DNA of 64,000 nt from an uncultured Pseudomonadota bacterium (lineage in GTDB: Bacteria; Pseudomonadota; Gammaproteobacteria; Burkholderiales; SG8-39): positions 1,360,463 to 1,424,462 of the forward strand of contig CAWFPL010000008.1 in NCBI GenBank assembly GCA_963817785.1. Reading direction: 5' to 3'. Below the pieces are notes generated by a model, which ran no database searches, had not been told where the DNA came from, and saw nothing but the letters and a program-made list of their open reading frames with translations. Below, in pieces: positions 19,754 to 29,440 of the stretch; position 1 is the first letter of the stretch; each line of letters begins with the position of its first letter. The translations under genes were made by a program, and so were the position numbers.

Positions 19754-20872
19754 ATGCCCGGTCCGATCGCCAGCGCGAAGACCCTGGTAGTCAAGGTCGG
19801 CTCGTCGCTGGTTACCAACGAGGGCCGCGGGCTCGACGTCGAGGCGATTGCGCGCTGGGCGGCGCAGATCGCCAAGCTGCACGCGCTCGGCAAGCGCTGC
19901 GTGCTGGTTTCGAGCGGAGCCATCGCGGAGGGCATGCAGCGCCTGGGCTGGTCGCGCCGGCCGCACGCGCTGCACGAGCTGCAGGCCGCGGCGGCGGTGG
20001 GCCAGATGGGCCTGGTACAGTGCTACGAGTCCTGCTTTCGCGAGCATGGGCTGGCCACCGCGCAGGTGCTGCTCACGCACGCCGACATGGCCGACCGGCA
20101 GCGCTATCTCAACGCGCGCTCGACGCTGCGCACGCTGCTCGGGCTGGGCGTCATTCCGGTGATCAACGAGAACGACACCGTGGTGACCGACGAGATCAAG
20201 TTCGGCGACAACGATACGCTCGGCGCGCTGGTCACCAACCTCGTGGAGGCGGATGCGCTGGTGATCCTCACCGACCAGCAGGGGCTATACGAGGCGGATC
20301 CGCGCCGCGATCCGCATGCGAAGCTGATCGGGCGCACCGCGGCCGGTGACCCGCGGCTCGAGGCCGTCGCAGGCGGCACCGGAACGAGCATTGCGCGCGG
20401 AGGCATGATCACCAAGGTGCTGGCGGCAAAGCGCGCGGCGCGCAGCGGCGCGCATACGGTGATCGCCTCGGGACGCGAGCCGGACGTGCTGCTGCGACTC
20501 GCGGGCGGCGAGCATCTGGGCACCCTGCTGGTGCCTGGAACCATGCCGCTTGCTGCGCGCAAGCAGTGGCTGGCCGATCATCTCAACGTCAGCGGGCGGC
20601 TCAGGCTCGACGCCGGCGCGGTGCGCGCGCTGGCGCGCGACGGCAAGAGCCTGCTGCCGATCGGCGTGATCGAGATCAGCGGCGAGTTCGGGCGCGGTGA
20701 AGTGGTGGCCTGCGACGACCCCGATGGCCGCGAAGTGGCGCGCGGACTGGCCAACTATTCCGCCGCCGAGACGCGGCTCATCATGCGCCACCCTTCGGGC
20801 GAAATCGAGTCGCTGCTCGGCTATGTCGACGAGCCCGAGCTCATCCACCGGGATAACCTGGTGTTGCTGTAG
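19754..20872 (+). CDS. proB: glutamate 5-kinase
   Basis: 372 aa. [11 protein letters not shown]… kinase domain plus a C-terminal PUA-like region. Canonical obg-proB order. Confidence 0.95.
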   Translation: MPGPIASAKTLVVKVGSSLVTNEGRGLDVEAIARWAAQIAKLHALGKRCVLVSSGAIAEGMQRLGWSRRPHALHELQAAAAVGQMGLVQCYESCFREHGLATAQVLLTHADMADRQRYLNARSTLRTLLGLGVIPVINENDTVVTDEIKFGDNDTLGALVTNLVEADALVILTDQQGLYEADPRRDPHAKLIGRTAAGDPRLEAVAGGTGTSIARGGMITKVLAAKRAARSGAHTVIASGREPDVLLRLAGGEHLGTLLVPGTMPLAARKQWLADHLNVSGRLRLDAGAVRALARDGKSLLPIGVIEISGEFGRGEVVACDDPDGREVARGLANYSAAETRLIMRHPSGEIESLLGYVDEPELIHRDNLVLL

Positions 20873-21010
20873 CAACAGCAGGTCACAGTGGAGACTCACG
20901 ATTCGCGTCAGCGCATCGCGAGTCGCAACTAAAATCTGGAGCTGCTCCGAGGAGCGGCACCAGATTGCGGCGCAGACTCATCGTGAGGCCTGCGCACCGG
21001 CAAGCACCGG

Positions 21011-21544
21011 CTAGTAGTGCGCCGTTGTGCCGCCACGCCTAAGCGCCGCAAGACCCTCGGCGGCATTGCTGATCCGAATGTTCTGGGGGCAAAAGAAGTC
21101 GCGCCGCAGCACCTGGTGCCAGCGCATGACGCTCTTCGCCTCGACGGGACGCCACTTCGCGAGCGCGTCGCGCCGCCAGGTGCCGTTGGACTGGCCAAAG
21201 GCATAGATCTTGTAAGTTCCGTCGCGGCAATGAATGCCTTCGTAACTCACGTTGTCGATGCCCGATCGGCTGCGCGCGACCAGCGTATAACGCACCACCC
21301 CGTCGTCGCCCACGCTCAGCGAAGCGCTGTCGATGAAGAACTTGAAGTCGGTGGCGGCGCTCACCTCGAAGCCGATCAAATTGCCGGGCTTGGGGTAGGG
21401 TGGGAGCTTGACCTTCCCTTCCTTCCAGTTCCTTTCCTGCTGCGCCCTCTCCCAGTCGCTGATCGGTTGTGCAACCGCAACGCCGGTGCCGAGCACCAGC
21501 AGCAGCAGCACTGAGGTGAGCACGCGCACCGCGAACTGCCACAC
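21011..21544 (-). CDS. CNP1-like family periplasmic protein
   Basis: Signal peptide, then …FFIDSASLSVGDDGVVRYTLVARSRSGIDNVSYEGIHCRDGTYKIYAFG…, typical of CNP1-like proteins. Confidence 0.7.
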   Translation of the reverse strand: MWQFAVRVLTSVLLLLVLGTGVAVAQPISDWERAQQERNWKEGKVKLPPYPKPGNLIGFEVSAATDFKFFIDSASLSVGDDGVVRYTLVARSRSGIDNVSYEGIHCRDGTYKIYAFGQSNGTWRRDALAKWRPVEAKSVMRWHQVLRRDFFCPQNIRISNAAEGLAALRRGGTTAHY

Positions 21545-21549
21545 GGCGG

Positions 21550-22134
21550 TCAGGCCAGATCCGCCACCAGGGACGCGCGCAACCCCTCCGGAACCGCGCC
21601 GAGCGTGATCCGGTATTCGGGGTGATCCACGCCGGCGGCGAGGCCCACGCCGTACTGGAGCGCCCGGCGCATCTCTTCGCTGAGCTCAAAGCGCAGGAAA
21701 TGTACCGAGGAGGTTTTGTCCTCGGTCTCGCGCTCGAGGTCCTCGTCGGCGATCGCATACACGCGCCCGCAGCCCTCGACCTGAATCCAGACGCGGTCCT
21801 CGATCCCCTTGAGCTTGGCGAGCATGCGGCGGCGCTCGTCGGCTTCGGGGTACTCGATCATCAGCGTCGCCTTGAAGTTCGTGCCGTCCGGAATCAGGGG
21901 ATTGTAGGCTTCGAGCTCGTCCTGGATGCCCTGCTCCTCGAAGATGCGCTCAATGCGCAACATCTCCTGCACCTGATAGCGGATTGTCAGCTCGTCCTCG
22001 AACAGCAGCGTGGCGTGATCGCCGAGCGGCAGGCTGCGCTGCTGCTTGTGCGCCATGGCCCTGGCGCGGAACTCCTTGCGCTGCCTGGCGTAGGCCTCGA
22101 GCGTGAGCAGACTGTCCTTCGCGATCCGTGGCAT
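21550..22134 (-). CDS. DUF3501 family protein
   Basis: ORF 21550..22149 begins with TTG inside the upstream terminator T-run. The more likely start is ATG 22134 (MPRIAKDSLLTLEAYARQRKEFR…). The motif …TSSVHFLRFEL… is recalled for DUF3501. Confidence 0.7.
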   Translation of the reverse strand: MPRIAKDSLLTLEAYARQRKEFRARAMAHKQQRSLPLGDHATLLFEDELTIRYQVQEMLRIERIFEEQGIQDELEAYNPLIPDGTNFKATLMIEYPEADERRRMLAKLKGIEDRVWIQVEGCGRVYAIADEDLERETEDKTSSVHFLRFELSEEMRRALQYGVGLAAGVDHPEYRITLGAVPEGLRASLVADLA

Positions 22135-22147
22135 GTTGTGCTCGTGC

Positions 22148-22184
22148 AAAAAACTCGGGAGGCGCGGCTTGCACCGCCCTCCCG
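22148..22184 (-). terminator. Rho-independent terminator-like hairpin between rubrerythrin and the DUF3501 gene
   Basis: The minus strand reads cgggagggcgg-tgcaag-ccgcgcctcccg (one bulge) followed by agTTTTTT. It ends 14 nt before the DUF3501 ATG. Confidence 0.5.
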
Positions 22185-22260
22185 CTCGATTAGTTTGGCC
22201 TTATCTGAAACTCAGGGGCCGCGCCGCGGCGGGACGCCGCAGCGCAGCGCGCCGCTTTTC

Positions 22261-22680
22261 TTAATCGCTGAGCTGATCGAGCGCCTTCTGGAAGCGGTTG
22301 GCATGCGAGCGCTCCGCCTTGGCCAGCGTCTCGAACCAGTCCGCGATCTCCGTGAAGCCCTCGTCGCGCGCGGCCTTGGCCATGCCGGGGTACATGTCGG
22401 TGTACTCGTGCGTCTCGCCCGCCACCGCCGCCTTCAGGTTCTCGCGCGTACGCCCGATCGGCAGGCCGGTGGCCGGATCGCCGCAGGCCTCCAGGTACTC
22501 CAGGTGCCCGTGCGCATGCCCGGTCTCGCCCTCGGCAGTCGAGCGAAACACCGCCGCCACGTCGTTCTGACCTTCCACGTCGGCCTTGGCGGCGAAGTAC
22601 AGATAGCGCCGGTTGGCCTGGCTTTCGCCCGCGAATGCGTCCTTCAAATTCCCATGGGTCTTCGATCCCTTCAACTGCAT
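22261..22680 (-). CDS. rubrerythrin-family (ferritin-like di-iron) protein without a rubredoxin domain
   Basis: Starts [26 protein letters not shown] inside ORF 22261..22731. The E…ExxH pairs are EGETGHAH and ETHEY…AERSHANRF. Confidence 0.85.
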   Translation of the reverse strand: MQLKGSKTHGNLKDAFAGESQANRRYLYFAAKADVEGQNDVAAVFRSTAEGETGHAHGHLEYLEACGDPATGLPIGRTRENLKAAVAGETHEYTDMYPGMAKAARDEGFTEIADWFETLAKAERSHANRFQKALDQLSD

Positions 22681-22756
22681 GACAGTCTCCTCTAGTGCTT
22701 CGTCACCTCGCAGGCGCCCCGAGACGCCCACGCCGGCAGAATAGTGTCGCTGCCCC

Positions 22757-22784
22757 GATTAATCAAATCGATTTTTATAATTTT
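22757..22784 (-). promoter_or_regulatory. AT-rich palindromic box upstream of rubrerythrin (candidate Fur/PerR-type operator overlapping a -10-like TATAAA)
   Basis: It contrasts sharply with the surrounding GC-rich DNA: gattaatcaaatcgatttttataatttt. It contains the palindromes gattaatc and aatcgatt. The minus strand GATTTGATTAATC resembles half of the Fur consensus. It lies 77-104 nt upstream of the ATG. Confidence 0.35.
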
Positions 22785-22813
22785 CCCCATTGAGCATGGC
22801 TATGCAGCGGACC

Positions 22814-23464
22814 TCAGCGGATGAGCGCCGCCTCGATCTCGGCGAAGCTGCGAGCCACTTCGCTCGCCTGCAACTGCACGCCGAGCTGGCGCGCGATCTG
22901 CGAGATCGAGAAGATCCCGCGCACCATGGGGCGCGGCGACGCCGGGTCGAAATCCACCGCCAGAGCGTGCTGGCGGCCTGCGCGCTTGAGCGTGGCCACG
23001 ATGTGGCCGACTTTCGCGCCCTCGATGTCGGCCAGCGGCATCACCTCCACGCGGTCCGCGGGCGTCATGAGGTCCGCGACCGTCAGCTCGCCGCGCGGCA
23101 CGCCGCGCTCAATTGCCACCCGTACCGCCTTCTCGCCCAGGATATCGGTCGCGGAAATCAGGCCGAGCACGTTGTCGTCGTCCTCGACCACCAAGAGCAG
23201 CCGGACGCCGCGCGTAATCATGTACTGATTGGCGGCATCCACCGGTGCCTGCGGCCGCACCGTCGCCGGGCCGGTGCGCGTCAGGTCCGTCAGCACCTCG
23301 AGCGCCGGCGATTCCAGTGTCACCCGCGCCGGCCGGCGCTGCAGCGGCCGGCGGAACCCGGCGCCCTCGCCCAGAGGCCGGCTGGTCAATGCCTGGAATG
23401 TCCTGTCCACGGCGCCTCCATGCGGGAACTTGCCGTACCCAATATAGACGTCGGTCAGGCGCAC
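22814..23464 (-). CDS. CBS domain pair protein
   Basis: ORF 22814..23566 overlaps the rppH 3' end. A GTG at 23464 (VRLTDVYIGYGKF…) avoids the overlap. CBS repeats are present (…GVRLLLVVEDDDNVLGLISATDIL…; …VRGIFSISQIARQL). Confidence 0.65.
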   Translation of the reverse strand: MRLTDVYIGYGKFPHGGAVDRTFQALTSRPLGEGAGFRRPLQRRPARVTLESPALEVLTDLTRTGPATVRPQAPVDAANQYMITRGVRLLLVVEDDDNVLGLISATDILGEKAVRVAIERGVPRGELTVADLMTPADRVEVMPLADIEGAKVGHIVATLKRAGRQHALAVDFDPASPRPMVRGIFSISQIARQLGVQLQASEVARSFAEIEAALIR

Positions 23465-23486
23465 TTCAAACCACGCCGCCGAAACG

Positions 23487-24002
23487 TCAGCGCGGCAACG
23501 CCTCGGCGCGGTGCCGCTTGTGCAACCGATCGGATCCCAGGAAGCGGTGCAACTCGGTGAGCGCAAGCTGGTAGACCTCGCGCTTGAAGTCGATCACCGC
23601 CTCGAGCGGAACCCAGTAGTCGTGCCAGCGCCAGGCGTCGAACTCCGGATGCTCGGTGGCACGCAACCTGACGTCGCAGTCGCGCCCCTGCAGCCGCAGC
23701 AGGAACCAGATCTGCTTCTGGCCGCGATAGGTACCGCGCCAATCGCGCCGCACCCACTGCTCGGGGACGTCGTAGCGCAGCCAGTTGCGGGTACGCCCCA
23801 GGATGCGGACGTGATCCGAGCGCAGCCCGATTTCCTCCTCGAGCTCGCGGTACATCGCCTGTTCGGGGGTTTCGCCGTGCTTGATGCCGCCTTGCGGGAA
23901 CTGCCAGGCGTGCTGGTTGACGCGCTTGCCCCAGAAGACCTCGTCGCGGCCGTTGGCGAGCACGATGCCCACGTTCGGACGATAGCCGTCTTTGTCGAGC
24001 AT
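23487..24002 (-). CDS. rppH: RNA pyrophosphohydrolase (Nudix)
   Basis: Starts [15 protein letters not shown]. Nudix box [23 protein letters not shown]. Confidence 0.9.
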   Translation of the reverse strand: MLDKDGYRPNVGIVLANGRDEVFWGKRVNQHAWQFPQGGIKHGETPEQAMYRELEEEIGLRSDHVRILGRTRNWLRYDVPEQWVRRDWRGTYRGQKQIWFLLRLQGRDCDVRLRATEHPEFDAWRWHDYWVPLEAVIDFKREVYQLALTELHRFLGSDRLHKRHRAEALPR

Positions 24003-24103
24003 CGCGGCACCACCTAAGTTAGAATTCGCGCTGCATTTTTCCACAGCCCTCCATGAAAGACAACGCCGCGCGGCGGGTGTTCCCGGCCGCGGCGCAGGCT
24101 GCG

Positions 24104-25837
24104 ATGCGCACCTCTCGCTTTTTCGTCAGTACCATCAAGGAGGCGCCCGCCGAGGCCGAGCTCGCCAGCCACAAGCTCATGCTGCGCGCGGGGCTGATCC
24201 GCCGCCTCGGCTCGGGCCTGTACACCTGGATGCCCATCGGCCTGCGGGTCCTGCGCAAGGTCGAGGCGGCCGTGCGCGAGGAGATGAACCGCGCCGGCGC
24301 CCTCGAGCTGCAGATGCCCTGCGTGATTCCCGCCGAGCTGTGGCAGGAGACCGGGCGCTGGGCGGCCTTCGGGCCGCAGATGCTCAAGATCAAGGACCGT
24401 CACGAGCGCGACTTCCTGTTCGGCCCGACGCACGAGGAGGTGGTGACCGACATCGCGCGCCGCGAGATCAAGAGCTACCGCCAGTTGCCGGTGCACTTCT
24501 ACCAGATGCAGATCAAGTTCCGCGACGAGATCCGGCCGCGCTTCGGGGTCATGCGGGCGCGCGAGTTCCTGATGAAGGACGGCTACTCGTTCCACGCCGA
24601 CATAGCGGATCTCGAGCGCGAGTACCGCAACATGCATGAGACCTACACGCGCATCTTCACGCGGCTGGGCCTGCGCTTTCGTGCCGTGGCCGCCGATCCC
24701 GGCGCGATCGGCGGCACCGGCTCGCACGAGTTCCACGTGCTCGCCGAATCGGGCGAGGACGCGATCGCGTACTGCCCGGACTCCGACTACGCGGCGAACG
24801 TCGAGCTCGCCGAGGCGCTTGCGCCCGCGGGGCCGCGGCACGCCCCGGCCGAGCCGATGGCCGAAGTGCACACCCCCGGCAGGACCAAGTGCGCGGACGT
24901 GGCCGCGCTGCTTGGCGTACCGCTCGACAAGACGGTCAAGGCGATCGCGCTGGTGCGCGAGAGCGTCCCGTATCGCAGCCTAGGCTACTTCGCGCTCGTG
25001 CTGCTGCGCGGCGACCACGAGCTGAACGAGGTCAAGGCGCAGAAAGTGCTCGGTCCATTCCGCCTCGCGAGCGACGACGAGATCCAGGGGGAGCTGAACT
25101 GCCGCCCGGGCTACATCGGCCCGGTCGGGGTCGGCGGCAATGTCGCGGTCTTTGCCGACCGCACCGCCGCCAAGATGAGCGACTTCGTGTGCGGCGCGAA
25201 CAAGGCCGGGTACCACTTGAGGGGCGTCAACTGGGGGCGCGATCTGCGCGAGGACCCCGACAACGTCCACGACTTCCGCAACGTCCTGGAAGGCGACCCG
25301 AGCCCCGACGGCCGGGGCGCGTTGCGCATCGTGCGCGGTATCGAGGTCGGGCACATCTTCCAGCTGCGCACCAAGTATTCGGAGGCCATGAAGGCCACCT
25401 ATCTCGACGAGCAGGGCGAGTCCCGGCCCATGGAGATGGGCTGCTACGGCATCGGGGTGACCCGCATCGTCGCCGCCGCGATCGAGCAGAACCACGACGA
25501 GCGCGGCATCGCCTTTCCCCGGCCGATGGCGCCGTTCGAGGCCTGCCTGGTGCCGATCGGCTACCACAAGAGCGCGGCGCTGCGCGAGGCGGCGGACCGG
25601 CTGTACGCCGAACTGCAGGCCGCGGACATCGAGGTGCTGATGGACGACCGCGAGGAGCGCCCCGGCGTGATGTTCGCCGACATGGACTTGATCGGCGTGC
25701 CCCACCGCCTGGTGCTCTCGGAGCGCGGCCTCGCCGCGGGGACCGTCGAGTACAAGGGGCGTCGCGACGCCCAGGCGCAGAACGCGCCGCTCGCCGGCGC
25801 CGTGCAGTTCCTCAAGGAGCGGCTGGCGCAGGCATGA
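24104..25837 (+). CDS. proS: proline-tRNA ligase
   Basis: Starts [30 protein letters not shown] inside ORF 24053..25837. A class II aaRS with an editing insertion, 577 aa. Confidence 0.95.
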   Translation: MRTSRFFVSTIKEAPAEAELASHKLMLRAGLIRRLGSGLYTWMPIGLRVLRKVEAAVREEMNRAGALELQMPCVIPAELWQETGRWAAFGPQMLKIKDRHERDFLFGPTHEEVVTDIARREIKSYRQLPVHFYQMQIKFRDEIRPRFGVMRAREFLMKDGYSFHADIADLEREYRNMHETYTRIFTRLGLRFRAVAADPGAIGGTGSHEFHVLAESGEDAIAYCPDSDYAANVELAEALAPAGPRHAPAEPMAEVHTPGRTKCADVAALLGVPLDKTVKAIALVRESVPYRSLGYFALVLLRGDHELNEVKAQKVLGPFRLASDDEIQGELNCRPGYIGPVGVGGNVAVFADRTAAKMSDFVCGANKAGYHLRGVNWGRDLREDPDNVHDFRNVLEGDPSPDGRGALRIVRGIEVGHIFQLRTKYSEAMKATYLDEQGESRPMEMGCYGIGVTRIVAAAIEQNHDERGIAFPRPMAPFEACLVPIGYHKSAALREAADRLYAELQAADIEVLMDDREERPGVMFADMDLIGVPHRLVLSERGLAAGTVEYKGRRDAQAQNAPLAGAVQFLKERLAQA

Positions 25838-26442
25838 AGCACGCCGCGGCGCTGGCGGCGCTGCTCGCCGCCGCCCTGCTGGTCCCCGCGCCGGCGCTCG
25901 CCGGCGCGCAGATCTACCAGCCGCTCGCCGACAGCGTCCGCACGGCGCTGTCGCACGCGATCAGCGACGAGGCCCCGCCGACGCTCGAGTTCCGCAATCC
26001 GCAAGACGGGCGGATGTGGCTGCTCGATATGTCGCGGCGCCTGCGCAAGTTCGTGCCGGACCGCGACACGCGCATCGCGCTGCTCAAGAGCGTGCAGTAC
26101 GAGGCCACGCGTGCGGGGCTCGACCCGCAGCTGGTCCTCGGCGTGATCGACGTCGAGAGCCACTTCCGCAAATACGCCGTTTCAGCGGCCGGAGCCCTCG
26201 GCTACATGCAGGTGATGCCGTTCTGGGTCAAGCTGATCGGCCGCCCGCGCGACAACCTGTTCCACTTGCGCACCAACCTGCGCTATGGTTGCGTCATCCT
26301 GCGCTTTTACCTCGACTTGGAGCACGGCGATTATTTCCGCGCGCTCGGCCGCTACAACGGCAGCCTCGGGCAGCCCCAGTATCCGGACGCCGTCTACGCA
26401 GCATGGAAGGGGCGCTGGAAGTACTCCGGGCCGACCAACTAG
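25834..26442 (+). CDS. lytic transglycosylase (SLT) domain protein, secreted
   Basis: ATG 25834 overlaps the proS stop (ATGA). Signal peptide [26 protein letters not shown] motif [24 protein letters not shown]. Confidence 0.8.
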   Translation: MKHAAALAALLAAALLVPAPALAGAQIYQPLADSVRTALSHAISDEAPPTLEFRNPQDGRMWLLDMSRRLRKFVPDRDTRIALLKSVQYEATRAGLDPQLVLGVIDVESHFRKYAVSAAGALGYMQVMPFWVKLIGRPRDNLFHLRTNLRYGCVILRFYLDLEHGDYFRALGRYNGSLGQPQYPDAVYAAWKGRWKYSGPTN

Positions 26443-26468
26443 CGCGACGGCACGCACCGTCTGACGGC

Positions 26469-27434
26469 ATGCTGCGCGCGCTGCTCGCCAATCCGCGCTT
26501 TGCCAATCGTCTCTGGGGTTTCACCCCGCCCGAGCACGGGGTGGTCGTGCTGCGCCACCGCCGGGTGTACATCGTCCCCGCGCGGCTGGGCTGGATGTTC
26601 GGCGCCACCCTGGTGATCATGCTGATCGGCTCGATCAACTACGCACTGTCGCTCGGCTTCGCGCTGACCTTCTTGCTCGCCGGCTTGGGGCTTGCCGGGA
26701 TGGTGCACACCGCGCGCAACCTGGCTCTGCTGGCGGTGAGCACCGGGCGCGCCGAGCCGGTGTTTGCCGGCGAGGCCGCGCAGTTCCGGCTGTTCCTGGA
26801 CAGCAGCGTACGCTACGACCGACCGGCGATTCTCGTGCGCCACCTCGCCAGCGGTGCGCAGCGGGTGCTCGACGTCGCCGCCGGATCGGTCGCGCAGGCG
26901 GTCCTGGCGGTGCCCGCGGCGCGGCGCGGCTGGATGCCGCTCGGCCGGGTCATGCTCGAGACGCGCTTCCCGCTCGGTCTGTTTCGTGCCTGGAGCTATG
27001 TGGAGCCCGACGCCCGCTGCCTCGTCTATCCGCGACCCGAGCGCAGCCCTTTGCCGGCGTTCAGCGCGAGCGCGGCCGCCCGCAGCGCGCGCGCGCAGGC
27101 GGCCGGGACGGACGACTTCACCGCGCTGCGCGCCTACCAGCCTTCAGACTCGCCGCGCCATGTGGCCTGGAAGGCGGTGGCGCGCAGCGACGACATGCTG
27201 ACCAAGCAGTTCGCGGGGGACAGCGCCGCCGAGCTGTGGCTCGACTGGCAGCTGCTGCCGGTTGGCCTCGGCGTCGAGGAGCGCCTGTCGCGCCTGACCG
27301 GCTGGGTGCTGGCCGCCGAGCTCTCGGGCGCGCGCTACGGCCTGCGGCTTCCCGGGCTCGAGTTGCCGCCGGCGCAGGGCGAAGCGCAGCGCGACGCCTG
27401 CCTGCAGGCGCTCGCGCTGTACCAGTCGCCATGA
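26469..27434 (+). CDS. DUF58 domain protein
   Basis: Starts MLRALLANPRF inside ORF 26016..27434. Two TM helices, then …DDFTALRAYQPSDSPRHVAWKAVAR…, typical of DUF58. Confidence 0.8.
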   Translation: MLRALLANPRFANRLWGFTPPEHGVVVLRHRRVYIVPARLGWMFGATLVIMLIGSINYALSLGFALTFLLAGLGLAGMVHTARNLALLAVSTGRAEPVFAGEAAQFRLFLDSSVRYDRPAILVRHLASGAQRVLDVAAGSVAQAVLAVPAARRGWMPLGRVMLETRFPLGLFRAWSYVEPDARCLVYPRPERSPLPAFSASAAARSARAQAAGTDDFTALRAYQPSDSPRHVAWKAVARSDDMLTKQFAGDSAAELWLDWQLLPVGLGVEERLSRLTGWVLAAELSGARYGLRLPGLELPPAQGEAQRDACLQALALYQSP

Positions 27435-29440
27435 AAGCGCGCTCCGGCAGCAAGCCCGCGAGTCTGGCGCATCCGCTCGCGCCGGAACTGCGCGCGCTGA
27501 GCGGGCGCGATCTCGCAGGCCTGATCGTGTCGCTGGTCGTCGTGGTGGCACCGCACGCGGAGCGCGTGCCCTGGTGGCTCACGCTGCTCACGGCGGCGCT
27601 GTACCTCTGGCGCATCGCCCTGCAGCGCGTCCAGGGCGCCCTGCCCTCGCGCTGGCTGCTGCTCGCCGTGGCCGGTGCGGCCATGGTCGGCGTGTACGGC
27701 GAGTACCACACGGTATTCGGCCGCAACTCGGGGGTCGCGCTGCTGCTGGTGTTCTCGGGCCTGAAGCTGCTCGAAACGCGCAACCAGCGCGACGCTACCG
27801 TGGCTGTGTTCCTGTGCTATTTCCTCGTGGTCACCAATTTCCTGTACACGCAAAGCATCCCGACGGCGCTCGCCATGTGCGTGGCGCTGCTCGCGATCAC
27901 CACCACGCTGGTCGGCTTCAGCGCCCCGCAGCGCCCGCTGCGCGCCAATCTGCGCAGCGCGGTCCTGCTGCTGGCGCACGCGGCGCCGGCGGCGCTGGTC
28001 CTGTTCCTGCTGTTTCCGCGCGTCCAGGGTCCGCTCTGGGGTTTGCCGCAGGACGCGTACACCGGGATCACCGGGCTGTCCGACAGCATGACCCCGGGCA
28101 TGCTGGCGCACGTCGCGCAGTCCGACTCGATCGCGTTCCGCGCCGAATTCGCGAGCCGACCGCCTCCCGAGCCGTTGCTGTACTGGCGCGGCCCGGTGCT
28201 GTGGGACTTCGACGGCCGCACCTGGCGCGAAGGCCGGCCCGAGTTCGCGCCGTTCGCCGCGCCCCAAGGCGGAGCGCACTATCGGTACAGCGTCGTGCTC
28301 GAGCCGCACAACCACCACTGGCTGTTCGCGCTCGAGACCGCCGCGAGCCTTCCGCCGCATGCGCGCTTCACCGACGACGGTCAGATCCTCTCGCGCATGC
28401 CGGTGCGCAGCCGGATCCGCTACACGGTCACGTCGGCCATCGATCCGGCACCCGACCCCCGGGAGGACCCGGCGCTGCTGCGGCGCGCGCTCGCGCTGCC
28501 GCGAGGGTTCGATCCGCGCGCGGTCGCGCTCGCCGCGCAGTGGCGGCACGCGTCCTCCAGCGACGAGCAGATCCTGCGCCGCGCCATCGCCTACTTCCGC
28601 GATCAGCGCTTCGTGTATACGCTCGAGCCGGCGCCGCTCGGGCGCAATTCGGTCGACGACTTCCTGTTCGACACGCGTAGCGGCTACTGCGAGTATTTTT
28701 CCTCCGCGTTCGTGTTCCTGATGCGCGCGGCGGGCGTGCCTGCGCGCGTGGTCACCGGCTACCAGGGGGGCGATCTCAACCCATACGACCACTACCTCAC
28801 GGTGCGCCAGTCCGACGCGCACGCCTGGGCCGAGGTATTCCTGTCCGGCCGAGGGTGGATCCGCGTCGACCCGACCGCGCTCGCGGTTCCCGACAGCATC
28901 GCGGGCGGCGCGCGGCGCGCCGTGCCTCGGGGCGAGCCGCTGCCGTTCCTGTGGCGGCCGCAGTTCGAGTGGCTGCGCGGCCTGCGCTACCAGTGGGAGG
29001 CGCTCAGCAACCGCTGGAACCTGTGGGTGCTGGGCTACAACCCCGAGCGCCAGCGCGAGCTGATGCGCTACTTCGGCATGCACGACACGGACTGGCGCCA
29101 GCTCACCGCAGTGCTGTTCACGGTGCTGGGCGCGCTGACCGCGGTGCTGCTCGTCTGGTCGCTGCGCCAGCTGGTGCGTCCGGATCCGGTGCAGCGCGCC
29201 TGGCACGCGTTCTGCCGCAAGCTCGGTGCGCGCGGCTTCGCGCGCGGCCCGCACGAGGGCCCGCGCGACTTCTCGGAGCGCGCCGCTGCCGGCCTGCCGG
29301 ATGCCGGCGCGGCGATCCGCCGCATCGGCACGTTCTACATCGAGCTGCGCTATGGCGCCCCGCCGCGGGAAGGGATGCGCCCCGCCGCCGAGCGCGTCGC
29401 CGAGCTCAAGCGCCTGGTGCAGGAGTTCCACTTGGCATGA
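27431..29440 (+). CDS. transglutaminase-like membrane protein (TgpA-like; DUF3488 + transglutaminase core + DUF4129-like tail)
   Basis: ATG 27431 overlaps the DUF58 stop (ATGA). Multi-TM N-terminus. The catalytic core is GYCEYFSSAFVFLMRAAGVPARVVTGY…DAHAWAEV…VDPT (Cys-His-Asp). Confidence 0.85.
   Translation: MKARSGSKPASLAHPLAPELRALSGRDLAGLIVSLVVVVAPHAERVPWWLTLLTAALYLWRIALQRVQGALPSRWLLLAVAGAAMVGVYGEYHTVFGRNSGVALLLVFSGLKLLETRNQRDATVAVFLCYFLVVTNFLYTQSIPTALAMCVALLAITTTLVGFSAPQRPLRANLRSAVLLLAHAAPAALVLFLLFPRVQGPLWGLPQDAYTGITGLSDSMTPGMLAHVAQSDSIAFRAEFASRPPPEPLLYWRGPVLWDFDGRTWREGRPEFAPFAAPQGGAHYRYSVVLEPHNHHWLFALETAASLPPHARFTDDGQILSRMPVRSRIRYTVTSAIDPAPDPREDPALLRRALALPRGFDPRAVALAAQWRHASSSDEQILRRAIAYFRDQRFVYTLEPAPLGRNSVDDFLFDTRSGYCEYFSSAFVFLMRAAGVPARVVTGYQGGDLNPYDHYLTVRQSDAHAWAEVFLSGRGWIRVDPTALAVPDSIAGGARRAVPRGEPLPFLWRPQFEWLRGLRYQWEALSNRWNLWVLGYNPERQRELMRYFGMHDTDWRQLTAVLFTVLGALTAVLLVWSLRQLVRPDPVQRAWHAFCRKLGARGFARGPHEGPRDFSERAAAGLPDAGAAIRRIGTFYIELRYGAPPREGMRPAAERVAELKRLVQEFHLA

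Noticed and set aside
27335-29431. Very long antisense ORFs. Examples: 698 aa at 27335..29431(-), 569 aa at 39330..41039(-), 416 aa at 4333..5583(+), 416 aa at 37995..39245(-), 442 aa at 51539..52867(+), 415 aa at 52777..54024(+), 391 aa at 35298..36473(-).
   Set aside because: Each lies opposite a gene with clear family motifs. Their translations are Arg/Ala/Gly/Pro-rich low-complexity strings typical of stop-poor shadow frames in high-GC DNA. None shows recognisable motifs.
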